From the NCBI RefSeq assembly GCF_009914755.1, contig NC_060939.1: DNA of 64,000 nucleotides, one strand, 5' to 3'. The translations under genes and the position numbers were made by a program. The stretch is from the human T2T-CHM13v2.0 reference genome, Homo sapiens. The notes below the pieces were generated by a model, which was not told where the DNA came from, did no database searches, and saw only the letters and a program-made list of their open reading frames with translations. Below, piece by piece: positions 37,375 to 50,597 of this stretch (its first letter is position 1; each line of letters opens with the position of its first letter).

Positions 37375-38319
37375 GGGGTGCAGACTTAAATGCAGAGTCC
37401 CCCTTAGAGGAAGATCTTGCTGGCAGAGCTGGGAGCAGGCAGCTTTGTGGTCAGCCCCTGCAGGGATGGCCTCAGCTGTACTGGGCAGCCACACACAAGG
37501 TCACACCTCTCCCCAAGGAGGACCACATCCAGTGACCAATGATCAAGGTGGAGGACTGTGCAGAAACGTGTTAGCAAAGCCACATGAGACTGCTCTCCTT
37601 AGAAAGGCCTGCTGGCCAGGTTGGCCCTTGGCTGGCATCTGGGAACCTGGATTTGGGGAGGTTTCCCACCATTCCCTGATAAGAATGTCTCACTGTGCCT
37701 ATACTGTCCAGACAATACCACGTGTGCTGAGCACCTGCTTTCCTTCTGGGAGCCTGGAATTTAGGTACATGGCAGGCAGAGGGTGCCTGTGTTCCTGGCC
37801 CTTCGCTGTCCTGACAAAAGCCCTAAGCCCTGAGTCTCTAGTGAACTGGCAACATTCGACACGTGCAGGCACAGCTTGTTGCTGGAGGAATGATGCTTTC
37901 CTGCGTGACTCCGCTCGGAGAGCACTCCCGGGAGTTAGTGCCTGGTTTCCTCTGGACTTCTCTTGTGACTTTTCCCTTTGCTGACTTCATTTTGTATCCT
38001 CTGACTGTAACAAGTCACGGCCATGAGTGCCACTATATGCTGAGTCCTGTGAGTCCTCTTAGCTAATCACTGAACCCAGGTGTTGTCATGGGGAGGTCCA
38101 GCACAGGGTGCAAGAGACCATTTTGGCTCCAGAGCTCCCTGGGAATCAAGCAAGGCTGTGATTGGGCCTGCCTCACAGATAACCTCCCCTTCTGCCCACT
38201 GCAGCAGACTCCTTCCCTCCTTCTCACTGCTGTTGACCCCAAGGGCGCTCCCTAATTAACTCTACCAGAGTGTTAAACTCTGTCTCAGATTTACTTCCCT
38301 GAGAACCTAACCTGCAACA
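37375..38319 (+). mobile_element. LTR16A-like (ERVL) LTR split by MER68
   Basis: GGCCTCAGCTG...CAAGGTCACACC before the insert; CATTTTGGCTCCAGAGCTCCC...AACCTGCAACA after it. Confidence 0.75.
37557..38105 (+). mobile_element. MER68 (ERVL) solo LTR
   Basis: TGTGCAGAAA...CTTAGAAAGGCCTGC...TATATGCTGAGTCCTGTGAGTCCTC...CACA. Confidence 0.85.
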
Positions 38320-38349
38320 GATACAAAACCAGCATTTCAGGACCTGCAA

Positions 38350-38500
38350 TTCACAGGGCATTTTGTCACGTGTTAATTTCATCGTCACAACCTATCAGGT
38401 TTTTACAGAGGAGGAAACAAGAACTGAGAGACGTTAAGTGACATGCCCAAGGTCACAGAGCAAGTGAGAGTTGGAGCTGGGACTGACCCCTGGGCAGGAT
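38350..38500 (-). mobile_element. MIR SINE
   Basis: TTTTACAGAGGAGGAAAC...GTTAAGTGACATGCCCAAGGTCACA. Confidence 0.75.
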
Positions 38501-39791
38501 GTTTCCGAAGTCTATGGCCTGTCTCAGAATCAGGCTGCCTCTCACCTGTGGCTCTGAGGCTCCACAGTTCTTCCAGGCCTGGGGACATTCATCATACATT
38601 TTCCCACTAAGATATTCCAAGAGGCATCTGGGGACCAGATCTAGGAAGCCCTGAGTGGGAGAGAATTCCAGCACCAGGAAAGGAGGCCGGGTATTTTCTC
38701 TCTCCCTGAGGGATTCAGAGGAGAGGATGAGGAAACTGAACTTCTTGAAAGAGGGACACCTGTAATTCTCAACTCACTCCCCAGCAGATACAGGTCATGC
38801 ACATGCACACACCTGCACACTCCAGCTGGGACCTCTGGCCTTCCAGGTCTCGCTCCCAGGCCCTGGAGTCTGTGGAGAGAGGCCTGTCCCTCCATGTAGA
38901 GGACAGGAGTTCTCCATGGTCTCGTTAGCCATCCTGCACCCCCTCCCACTGCAGCCATAGGAATCCATCCAAGCAGGGATGGCAATGAGAGGGACTTGGC
39001 CTCAGGCACGGGAGCGTTTGCCACGGCCAGGCCAGCTGTCAACTCCAAAGAAGCCGGAGTTGCTGGAGAAAGTGACAGACGACGTCCCGGGGAGCTCACG
39101 AACCCCATCTGCCCATGGCCAGGCGGAGCAACACCCTTTCAAGACATCCAGCTGAGGCATCTCAAGCCCCCAGCTGCACAGCTTGGTGAAGCCAGCAGCT
39201 CCTCCCAGGTTCTGGGAATTCCCAGAGCTTCCCCTGCTGTGGGATCCTGGGGCCATCACCACTTCACATTGAGGGGGGCCATCACCACCTCACATTGAGT
39301 CGATGGAAACTCCCCTTTTCCACATAATAAATAAAGAAATAAGCCAATAAATAATCACACATACTTGCCTGGTCCATCACACCAACAGCTGAACTTACTG
39401 AAAACACTGAGGTCCTGAAAAGAGACCACATCCACACCTTATTGCCAGCAAGTTAAAAAGCTTCTTAGTTCCTGACACACGGTGAGTGTTTCTCCCCAAC
39501 CTTCATGGGCTCTTCTCTTCCACCCTTACTCAGCCTCTCTTCTCGCTCATCCTGCCCCACCCTCAGGAGCAGTGGAAATGGCTCCCCTGGCCACATTGCA
39601 GCCAAGCTCCTGCCACATTCCAGCAGGGCTATGTACAATCATCTCTCACTGCAAGGACCACCTTTGGTCTGCTCCTTCACCCCAATTTATTTATCAATGT
39701 ATTTTCCCTCTTTTTTTTTTTTAACCTATAAGTTTCTGCATGTTTCTGTGTGCTTAAATTCTACATAAGATTTCTTCTAAGTTTGAAAATC

Positions 39792-39912
39792 ATGCTGCCT
39801 TTTTCTAGCCAGCATAGGTGAGGTTGCAGCATAGGTGAGGTTGCAGCATAGGTGAGGTTGCAGCATAGGTGAGAAATATGCTGCCTTTTTCTAGCCAGCA
39901 TAGGTGAGGTTG
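39792..39912. repeat. Complex local duplication (17-bp tandem unit plus 35-bp duplicate)
   Basis: CAGCATAGGTGAGGTTG x3.8 at 39810-39873; 35-mer identical at 39792-39826 and 39878-39912. Confidence 0.95.
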
Positions 39913-41272
39913 ATAGTAGATTTTTTAAAATCCAGTTTTAGAGATGAGAATCCAGCAACTCAGAGAGGCTAAGTACCTTCCCCAAGGTCACACAGGCAGT
40001 CAGTGGAAGAGTCAGGACTCCCACTTGAGTGTGGTTGCCATTGCAGCCGGAGATCATGCAAATGAGCCACTCCTTCTTGTCACCTCACCACTCCTGAAAC
40101 AGAGTCAATAATTTATCCAGAACCGTTAATTTTCTAAAAAAAAGTCAGACATTTCTATCAGCATTAGTTTCTTTCATGTTCCATCTGTGATGAGGACAAG
40201 CAGAAATACCATGCTGCTTACTGACATTCTTATGTGGCTTTAGGGGCTCCTTGGGGCTAAGCTGCATGTTCACTGGGTTAGAGACAAATGACACTGCCCT
40301 GCACCTACAGTTTCAGAGTGAGAGTAGAGGCCAGGGGCTCGGAAACTCACAACCCCAGACTGCCAGAGTGGGGCCAGGTCTAGAGTACCTCTGGTCTGGC
40401 TCTATGAATTTTAGAGATGAGGAAACTGCAGCCCACTGTTGTAGCAACACAGGCAGGAGCCAGGGATTCCAGGAATTTGTAACCTTCTGTGTGTCCTGGC
40501 CTGCTCTGGTTCTTTCTTGTTCTCAGCAGGTAAGTAGGAGAAGCATTGCCAAGTATGGGGTAATGAGGAAGGTTGTCTTGCTCTTCAAGCCTGATGGAGA
40601 TGCCTGATTGTCTGAGACCAGCCTCATCCACCACTCCCACCATTTCCATTACTCCCTACCCTGGCTTTCTTTGTGGGCAGAAGCTTGCAAACATCCTTGA
40701 TTACCCGGTGATTACCCTAATCACCCAATTACCTTTACCCAAGAAGTGAAGGGCAGGAGAGTATGTTCACATCAGCTTGACTTTAGTTCAAGCTCCTGTA
40801 GAAAATGGAGAGAAGTAACAAGCATAGCTGAGATCTCTCTATTTCCTGAGGCTAGAATAAGATTAGGAAGACTTCAACTCCAATCTTTGAGCATTAACCC
40901 TCACATGCATGTGAGGAAACTGCCCACGGCTGGGCAAGGAGTAGGTCAAACAATCCCCAGAGCTCACACAGAGCCTGCAATAATTTTTAATCCCAGCTTC
41001 CAGAGTGAAATAGACCTCCGTATACACAGGGCATCAGGTAAAATCCTCAGAAAACTATTGCCTTAATAGTGGAGTGAAATTAGCCCTAGACCAAAGACTG
41101 TCAACCCATGTCAACAAAGTGTAAAAACAAGTTTTAAAGGGATCAAACTGATTTCAAGCAACCTAACTGCAATCCCAGAACAAAGCCCAACAATAATTAA
41201 AGGAATGCAGCAAAATCCAACACCCAACACAGTAAAATCCAAAATGTACACAGTCAAAAATTTCCAGGCACA

Positions 41273-43866
41273 TCTGCTCTCTCCTCTCCTATTTGACATT
41301 GCACTGGAGATTCTGGCAAGTATATTAGGCAAGCAAAAGAAATAAAAGGCATCCAGATCATAAAGGAAAAAGTAAAAGTATCTCTATTTACAGATAGTGT
41401 GATATTATATATAGAAAACCCTAAGGAATCTACAAAAAATAAACTATTAGAGCTATAAACAAGCTTGGTAAAGTTGCAGGACACAACAACAGTACACAAA
41501 ATGTATGTAAAAATGTAGCAATAACAACTATAACATGAAATTAAGAAAGCAATTTCATTTGCAATAGCATCAAAAAGAATAAAATACTTAAAATAAATTT
41601 AACCAAAGAAGTGCAAGACTTGTATACTGAAAACTAGAAAACATCGTTGAAAGAAATTAAAGAAGATCTAAATAGGTGGCAAAACATCTTGTGTTCAGGA
41701 ACTGGAAGTCTTAATATTTTAAGATGGCAATACCGGCTGAATATCTCTAATTCAAAAATCCAAAATCTGAAATGCTCCAAAATCTGAAACTTTTTGAGCA
41801 TTGACATTATGTCACAAGTGGAAAACACCATACCTGTCCTTATGTTATGGGTCATAGTCAAAACGCAGACACAGAACACATATTCAGTGTAACCAAGGGG
41901 AAAAGACCCCTCAGCCTCCTTCAGCTGTGATAGATCTTTTCTGCACACAGCATGATGGTAATGCCAAACAACCATAGATTGTCCACAGGAGTGGCTGAGA
42001 TGGTGACACCTTTGCTTTCTTATGGTTCAATGTATACAAACTTTGTTTCATGCACAATCTTATTTTAAAATATTGTATAAGAATACCTTCAGGCTGTATG
42101 TAATGTTTATATGGAACATAAATAAATTTCATGTTTAGACTTAGGTCCCATCTCTGAGATATCTCATTATGTATATGCAAATATTCCAAAATCCCAAAGA
42201 ATCTGAAATCTGAAACACTTCTGGTCCCAAGCATTTCAGATAAGTGATACTCAACCTGTACTACCCAAATGGATTACAAATTTAGTACAGTCCCTATCAA
42301 AATTCCAACTCCTTTTTTTTTTTTTTGCAGAACTGGACAAGCTGATTCTAAAATTCATATGGAAATGCAAGGGACCCAGAATAGCCAACACAAACTTTAA
42401 AAAGGCAAACAAAGTTGATTTCCTGATTTCAAAACTTACTACAAAGTTACAGTAATTAGGACAGTGTGGTGCTGACATAAGGATGGACATATATAGATCA
42501 GTGGAATAAAATTCAGAGTCCAGAAATAAATCCATACATCTATGGTCAACTGATTTCAACAAGGATTCCAGGACAATTCAATAAAAAAGGAATACTAATT
42601 TCTACACATGATGCTAGGACACATGGATATCCACATACAAAAGAATGAATTTGAAACTCTACTTTACACCATACACAAAAATTAACCCAAAATGGATCAA
42701 ACACCTAAATGTGAGAGCTATAACTATAAAATACATAGGTGTAAATTTTTGTGATCTTGACTAGGCAATAGTTGCTTAGATGTGACAACTAAAGCATAAT
42801 CAACAAGTCAAAGAATAGATAAATTGAGCTTCTCAGAGTCAAAGGACACTATTAAAAAGTGAAAAGACAACACATAGAATGGGAGAAATTATTTGCATGT
42901 TATATATCTGATAAGGGTCTAGTATCCAGAAAATATAAATAACTTTTACAAATCAACAATAAAAAGACAACTCAATTAAAAATTGGGCAAAGGATATGAA
43001 CAGACATTTCTCTAAAGAAGATATATGCCAATGGCCAGTAAGCACATATAAAGATGCTCAACCTCATTAGTCGTTAGGGAAAATGCAAATCAAAACCACA
43101 ATGAGATACCATTTCATATCCACTAGAATGGCCACAATCAAAATGACAAACAATGACAAGTGCTGGTGAAGATGTGGAGAAAGTGGAACCCTTACACATT
43201 GCTGCTGGGAATCTAGAATGGTTCAGCTTCTTCAGAAAATAGTCTGGCAGTATTTCCTCAAAATGTTAAATATAGACTTACCATATGACTCCAGCAATGC
43301 TACTCCTAGGTACATACCCAAATGAACTAAAAACATATGTTCACACAAAAATTTATAGACAAATGTTCATAGCAGCATTATTTATAATAGCCAAAAAGTG
43401 GAAACAGCTCAAATGTTAATCAAATGATGCATGGATTAAAAAAAAATGTGGTATCATCATACAATGGAATATGATTCAGCCATAATAAGGAAAGAAGTAC
43501 TAATACGTACTACAACATGGATGAACCTGGAAAGCATTATGCTAAGTTAAAGAAACCAGACACCAAAGGCCACATATTGTATCATTCCATTTATATGAAA
43601 TGTCCAAAATAGACAAATTCACAGAGACAAAAAGTAGATTAGTGATTGCTAGGGCATAAAAGGAGGGGGAAATTGGAAGTACTGCTATCAAGTACAGAGT
43701 TTCTTTTTAGTGTGACAAAAATGCTCTAAGTTAAATAGTGGTAATGATTCAACAACCCTGTGAATATGCATATTAAAATCCACTGGATTGTATATTTTTA
43801 AACGATGAATTTTATGTTATGTGAGATTTGATGGCATGTAAATTATATTGAAACTCATATAACTCA
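41273..43866 (+). mobile_element. L1MB-type ORF2/3'UTR inserted in older L1M
   Basis: L1 ORF2 DNA (AAATAAAAGGCATCCAGAT, CAAAACCACAATGAGATACCA) and MB-type 3'UTR; degenerate flanking repeat CAAAAATTTCCAGGCA / CAAAAAATCACTAGGCA. Confidence 0.85.
41733..42258. mobile_element. Tigger4 (Zombi/MER46-like) DNA transposon derivative
   Basis: TA TSDs at 41731-41732 / 42259-42260; TIRs CCGGCTGAATATC...GATACTCAACCTG; the L1 text rejoins as AAGATGGCAATA|CTACCCAAA. Confidence 0.85.
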
Positions 43867-45779
43867 CAAAAAATCACTAGGCATGCAGTGAAACAGAAAA
43901 ATATGACCCACAACCAGGGGAAAAATCAATCAATAGAAATATACCCCAAAATGACACTGATGATTGAATTAGCAGACAAAGACATTAAAATACTTATTAT
44001 AATTATACTCCATATGTTCAAAAAGGTACAGAGGAGCATGGACATCATGCAGGAAAAGGTGAAAGACATATAAGAGAACCAAATTAAATTTCTAGAAGTG
44101 AGAAATATAGCATCTGAAATAAAAATACACAGACAGGTCCACATTGATGAGCCTAGAGTAGCCAGGGTCTCTACATTGTATTGCTTCATTAAAGTGCCTG
44201 TACATATGACCAAAAAGCATCTGGTTGTGGACCCAGAGATTCTGCTTGGGCCCAGCACCTATTCCCCACTAGCACTGGGTAGACATTGCTTTCTAGGTAG
44301 ACCTGAGGGTGATAGGAACCCAGCTGGGGACTTTTCCCTTTGGGAATCTAAGGGTATGTTGCCCACCTATCCTCTTGGAAGAAGGTGTGACCCATGAGCT
44401 CCCATTAGAGGGTCATGTTGGTGGGGTTATAGGGGATACCCAAGCCATAGCTGGTCAGGGGCTGCGGGTAGCCAGCTCCAGGGTGGCTTCTCAGAAGAGT
44501 CAATAGCAACCCCTATGAGAAGGAGTGGGAGGGGGTATGAGAACAGGCATGGGGCTGAGATGGGTATCCAAGAAGGCAATGAGGAATGCTCTTCTAAAAT
44601 AACAAATCCATTCACAGCTATTGCCGTACCCACACCCACACAGATGGAAGGGCAGATTTGACATTGCAGAAGAAAAGATAATTAAACTTGAAGACATAAT
44701 AATAAAAACTATACAAAATGAAACACAGAGAAAACAGACTGAAAAAGATGAACAGAGAATCAGTGACTAGTGGAACAATATTAAACAGTCTAACATATAT
44801 GTAATCAGAGCCTCATAAGGAGAGAAGACAGAAAACAGAAATATTTCAGGAAATAATGATGTGCTATTTTCCAAATTTGGTTTAAAAACTATAATATTAC
44901 AAATCTAAGAATCTTAATGAATTCCAAGAAAAAGAAACATGAATAAAACCACAAGACACATCATAACCAAATTACTTCAAACTACTGATAAAGAGAAATA
45001 TCTTAGAAGCAGTCAGGAAACAAAAAAAGGCCCATTGCCTACAGAGAAGCAAAGAAAAGGTGACAAAAGAATCCATGTCAGAAATCATGCAAGCCAGAAG
45101 ATGATGGAGCAACATCTTTAAATAACTGAAAGGGAAAAAAAAAACACAGTCAACATAGAATTCTATAATCAGCAAAAATATCTTTCAAAAGTGAAGGCAA
45201 AATAACTACTTTGTTAAACAACAGAAATAAAAGAATTTGTTGCCAGCTGCTCTGGGCTCAAGAAATACTAAAGGAAGTTCTTCAGGCAAAAGGAAAATGA
45301 CATTAGATGGAAAAGGTAAGCTAAGTATCTCCCAAACTATCTTTTCCAAACCATAAGAAAAGACAAAAAGAAAAAATTTCTAGAAGTGACAAATACAGCA
45401 TCTGAAATGAAAATACACAGATAGGTCCACAATGATGAGCTTGGAGTAGTCAGGGTCTCTACATTGTATTACACAAACCACACCATCAGCATAGCTGGAA
45501 GACAAAGAACGTTTAAACTGCAAGATAACCGTGAGTGAAAACAGAAAAATCTCCCAATTCTAGCATGTGATCTGTCATGCTACCATTCCACCCCCTTATA
45601 GCTGTAAGGCTCTGTGGGAAGAAAGGGCACATGAAGAAAATATATAGGAAGTAGAGAAGAACACTAGAAAAGGGGCCTAAGGATTATCTGAATGACTGAC
45701 AAAATATTAAATAATTCTAACTTTGAAAATACTGGAAGAGTGACCAGGCAAATAATAGCAGAGTACAGAAAAGGGAGTT

Positions 45780-47230
45780 CCTCCTCCACCTCACCAGTAG
45801 CATTGAGCACAGCTACCACCCAGATCTTGGATTCTGATATGGTTTGGCTCTAGGCCTCCACTCAAATCTCACCTTGAATTGTAGTTCCCATAATCTCCAC
45901 CTGTCATGGGAGGGACCTCACTGGAGGTAATTTAATCATGGGGGTGGTTACCCTCATGCTTTTCTCATGATAGTGAGTGAGTTTTCAGAGACCTAATGGT
46001 TTTATAAGGGGCTTTTCCCCCTTTTGCTGGGCACTTCTCCTTGCTGCCACCATGTGAAGAAGGATGTGTTTGCTTCCCCCTTCCACCATGATTTTAAGTC
46101 TCCTGAGGCCTTCCCAGCCATGCAGAGCTGTGAGTCAATTGAACCTCTTTCCTTTATAAGTTATCCAGTCTCAGGCAGTGCTTTATAGCAATGTGAGAAT
46201 GGACTAATACAGATTCTCAATACCATTCTCTAATCAAAAACAAAACAAAACAACAGGGCTCCTTGGAGAAGAGACTGGTTCTAGGACTGGGACAGGGAAA
46301 ATGTAAGATAACCCTGGAACATCTTATGATGCCAGAAAAGGAAGAAGTACTTGAAAAAGGATGGGAGCATGTCAGAAAGGACATGCCAACCAAAAGGAGC
46401 TCCCAGTGGCCAGAGCTGGGACAGTATGAGCAACAAATAATGATAGTACCCATATTGGATTATAACCCTTAGAATAAAAAGAATATCCGTGAGTCCATAC
46501 TGGTATACAGAATAATTCTAACTAATAAATGTGGAAAGAATGAGAGAAATACTAACTCACAATTAGAGAAACACCACAGTAATAATTATTAAAGACAAGA
46601 TCCACTGATGGATATTAAAATCAGTAAAAGTAAGTTTGAAGGTAAACAGGATACTAGCATACTCTCAAAGTATCTCCCCAAAGATATTTATCAATTACAA
46701 AGAAGGGAAATAGTAACTACTTCACAGTGGAGAAACTCCAAAGAAATCACCTTAGCCAAGTGATTAAGGTTAGCATCACCAGTTATGAGACATTTCAGTA
46801 TTATGTATTCACTGATACATTGATATGATGCACTGAAAAATACACAACATCAGCTCTGTGGTATTCCTGCCAAAAATGCATCATCTCAATCAAATCATGA
46901 AAAGATATCAGACAAACTCAAATTGAGAGGCATTCTAAAAAGTAATTGACTAGTATTCATCAAAATATCAAGGTCATGGACTAAAGGAAAGAATGAAAAA
47001 CTCTACAGATTAAGGGAGACTAAAGAAACAACTCAATGCTGTAGGATTCTGAAACAGAAAAAGAACATTAGTGGGGAAATTGGTGACATTTGAATAAGAT
47101 CTGTAGTTTGGTTAACAGTATTGCACCAATGTTAATTTCCTGGTTTTGATAACTGTAATATGATTATGTCAGCTAACAACAGGAAAATCTGAATGAAGAG
47201 TATAGTGAATTCTGTAGTTTAAAATATATA
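45780..47230 (+). mobile_element. L1MD-type 3' UTR (split by THE1D)
   Basis: CCCAGATCTTGGATTC|TCAATACCATTCTC...GGCTCCTTGGAGAA...GGATTATAACCC motifs. Confidence 0.7.
45835..46211 (+). mobile_element. THE1D-like MaLR solo LTR
   Basis: TGATATGGTTTGGCT...GGACTAATACA; perfect TSD GATTC at 45830-45834 / 46212-46216. Confidence 0.93.
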
Positions 47231-47233
47231 GTT

Positions 47234-47550
47234 TTCTTCTTCTTCTTTTTTTTTTTTTTTTTTTTTTTTTTTGATACAGGGTCTCTGTCACTGAGTCTGG
47301 AGTGCAGTAGCACGATCACAGCTCACTGAAGCCCTCAACCTGCTGAACTCAAGTGATCCTCCCACCTCAGTCTCCCAAGTAAATGGGACCACAGGCACGC
47401 AACACCATGCCCGGTTAATTTTTGTACTTTTTGTAGAGATGGAGTTGCACCATGTTGCTCAGGCTGGTCTCGAATGCCTGGGCTCAAGTTATCTGCTGCC
47501 TCGGCCTCCCAAAGTGCTGGGATTACAGGTGTGAGCAACTACACCTGGCC
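47234..47550 (-). mobile_element. AluJ
   Basis: Poly-T then reverse dimer with J-type CTCAAGTGATCCTCCCACC. Confidence 0.92.
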
Positions 47551-47857
47551 TGGTTTACTATTACTATTTAAAGCAAAAATAATGACAGTATATTTTGGGG
47601 CTTATAATATATGTGGAAGTAAAATATTAAAACCATTTAACACAAAGGATGGGAGTGGGGAAATGAAAAAATATTTGTATAAAATTCTTAACAATACATG
47701 GGAAATGGTAAATTATTTGAAGGTAGAGCATAATTAGTGAAGAGTTATATATTTTGAGCCTGGGCCAACCACTAAAAAATGAAAAGCAAAAGCAGTGTAA
47801 CTAGTAAACCAATGGTGGAGATAAAGTGGAATTATTAATATAAAAATACTCAACCCA

Positions 47858-48252
<395 letters not shown>

Positions 48253-48834
48253 TTAAACCAACCATATCAATAATCACATTACATGTAAATGACCTAAACA
48301 CTCCAAATAAAAGGAGGTTGTCAAATTGGATAAAAAAATGGAAACTTAACTATCTGCTATCTACAAAAAACCCACTTTAAACATAAAATCAGATGTGTTA
48401 GAAGTAGAATAAAAAAAATTATGCCATGCAAAAACCAATCCAAAAAATGTTAGATTGCCTATAATAAGATCAGACAAAGTAGAATTTAGAGCAAGGAATA
48501 TTACTTGAGACAAAGAGAGGCATTACGTAATGACAGAGAGATTACCAAGAAGACAAAACTATTCTATATTTTTTCATTTTTTACGATCCCTTCCACAGAA
48601 AAAACTATTCTAAATGTATGTACATCTAACAACAGAGCTTTAAAATACATAAAAGAAAAACTGATAGAACTGAATAGAGAAATATCCAAATCCATAATTA
48701 CATTTGGAGAATTCAACACTTTTAATAATCGATATAACAAGCATACAGAAAACTGGTCAGAATATACTGAACAACACTAGCAATCAACTTGACCTACTTG
48801 ACATTTATAGAGCACTCTGCCCAACAACAGAATA

Positions 48835-49718
48835 CAGCCATGCATTACTTAACAATGGGAATACATTCTGAGAAATGTGTCTGTTAGGTGATTTAGTCAT
48901 TGTGAGGACATCATAAAGTGTTTTTGCATAAACCTAGATGGTATAGCCTACTACATACCTGGGCTATATGGTATAACCTATTGCTCCTTGACTGTAAACC
49001 TGTACAGCATATTACCATACTGAATACCATAGGCAATCATAACACAATCGTATTTGTGTATCTAAACATAGAAAAGGTACAGTAAAAAAACAGTATAAAA
49101 ATTATAAATGGTACACCTATAGAGGACACTTACCATAATTGGAGCTTACAGGACTGGTAGTTGCTCTGGATGAGTGAGTGGTGAATGAATGTGAAGGCCT
49201 AGGACATGGCTGTACACTTTTTTTTTTTTTTAAATACAGGGTTTCACTCTGTCACCCAGGCTGGAGTACCATGGCACGATCTCACTACAGCCTCAACCTC
49301 CCAGGCTCAGGTGATCCTCCCACCTCAGTCCCCTGAGTAGCTGGGACTACAGGCACATGCCACCATGCCCAGCTAATTTTTTGTATTTTTTATAGAGACA
49401 GGGTTTTTACCATGTTACCCAGGCTGGTCTTAAACTCCTAGGCTCAAGCGATCTGCCCACCTTAGCCAAAGTGTTGGGATTACAGGCGTGAGCCACCCAT
49501 GCCCAGCCTGCTGTACACGTTTATATAACTGGCAGTGTGATAGGTTTGTTTACACCAGCGTGACACAAACACATGAGTAATGCAGTGTGCTACAGTGGTA
49601 CAATGGCTATGACATCACGACATGATGGGAATTTTTCAGCTTTATTATAATTCTATGAGACCACCACCATATATGTGGTCTGTCATTTATCAAAACACTA
49701 TTGTGCAGTGCATGACTG
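48835..49718. mobile_element. Tigger3 (Golem/MER7-like) DNA transposon derivative, split by an Alu
   Basis: TA TSDs at 48833-48834 / 49719-49720; TIRs CAGCCATGCA...TGCATGACTG. Confidence 0.85.
49218..49508 (-). mobile_element. AluJ inside Tigger3
   Basis: Reverse dimer; flanking repeat GCTGTACAC(T/G)TTT. Confidence 0.92.
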
Positions 49719-50184
49719 TACACCTTTCAAGTGCACATGGAACTTGTGCACCAAGAAGGATATTTAAAAGAACTGAGCTGATACAAAATATGTTCTGATT
49801 ACAACAATATAAGCCAGAAGAAAGTTCTCAAATCAATAATCTAAGCTTCCACCTTAAGAAAGTATAATTTAAAAAGAGCAAATTAAACTCAAATGAAGCA
49901 GAAGGGAAGGTCTGCAGTACAGGAAGGGCCTGCCGGCCACTACCTAATTTTTCTTAAGAAAGCGATATCTGAAATTACAAATAACGTTACAGACCAGGCA
50001 TGCTCCTGCATCATCGCTAGTTTTCCATGCAACTCGGATGAGCCATCTCGTTCAAATATTTATTGAACCCTAGAGAAAAAGTGGTGAACAAGATATTCCC
50101 TACTTTCACGGAGTTACAATCTATCAGCAGAGAGAAATGTTAGCTAATTGACAATTGTTTAATTACAATTATCTTAAAGGCTAT

Positions 50185-50597
50185 GATATCAATGAGGGTA
50201 GGCTGAGGTCTGATAACAAAGAAACCCACTTTCTTAGAAAACTTATTTCTTCTTCAAGATAAAATCCTATGCAAGATGTTCAGGTCAGTGAGGCGGCTCT
50301 CCTCCATGAGGTTATTCAGGGGCCCATGTTGATAGAGGCTGTGTCAATTTCAACATATGGCTTTCCAGTTGCTCTGGGTATATTACCCCAGTAAGCTGGA
50401 AAGGGAAAGACCCAAAAGGCGCACTCTTGGGAGGATTCTATAGGCCAGATCTGGAAGGGACGAACATTGCTTCCGCTCATATCCTATTGTGGAGAATTTA
50501 GTCACATGACCCCACCTGACTGCAAGACAGTCTAAGAAATACAGTTCTCCAAAAAAGAGGAGAATACATTTGGATGAATACCCAATAGTCTCTATGA
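50185..50597 (-). mobile_element. MLT1-type MaLR LTR (old)
   Basis: GGCTCTCCTCCA...TTAGTCACATGACCCCACCTGACTGCAAG motifs. Confidence 0.65.

Noticed and set aside
37343-37984. 213-aa ORF
   Set aside because: Lies across LTR16A/MER68 LTR sequence; no recognisable protein
39792-39912. CRISPR-like direct repeats
   Set aside because: Repeats are adjacent with no unique spacers, there are no cas genes, and the DNA is primate
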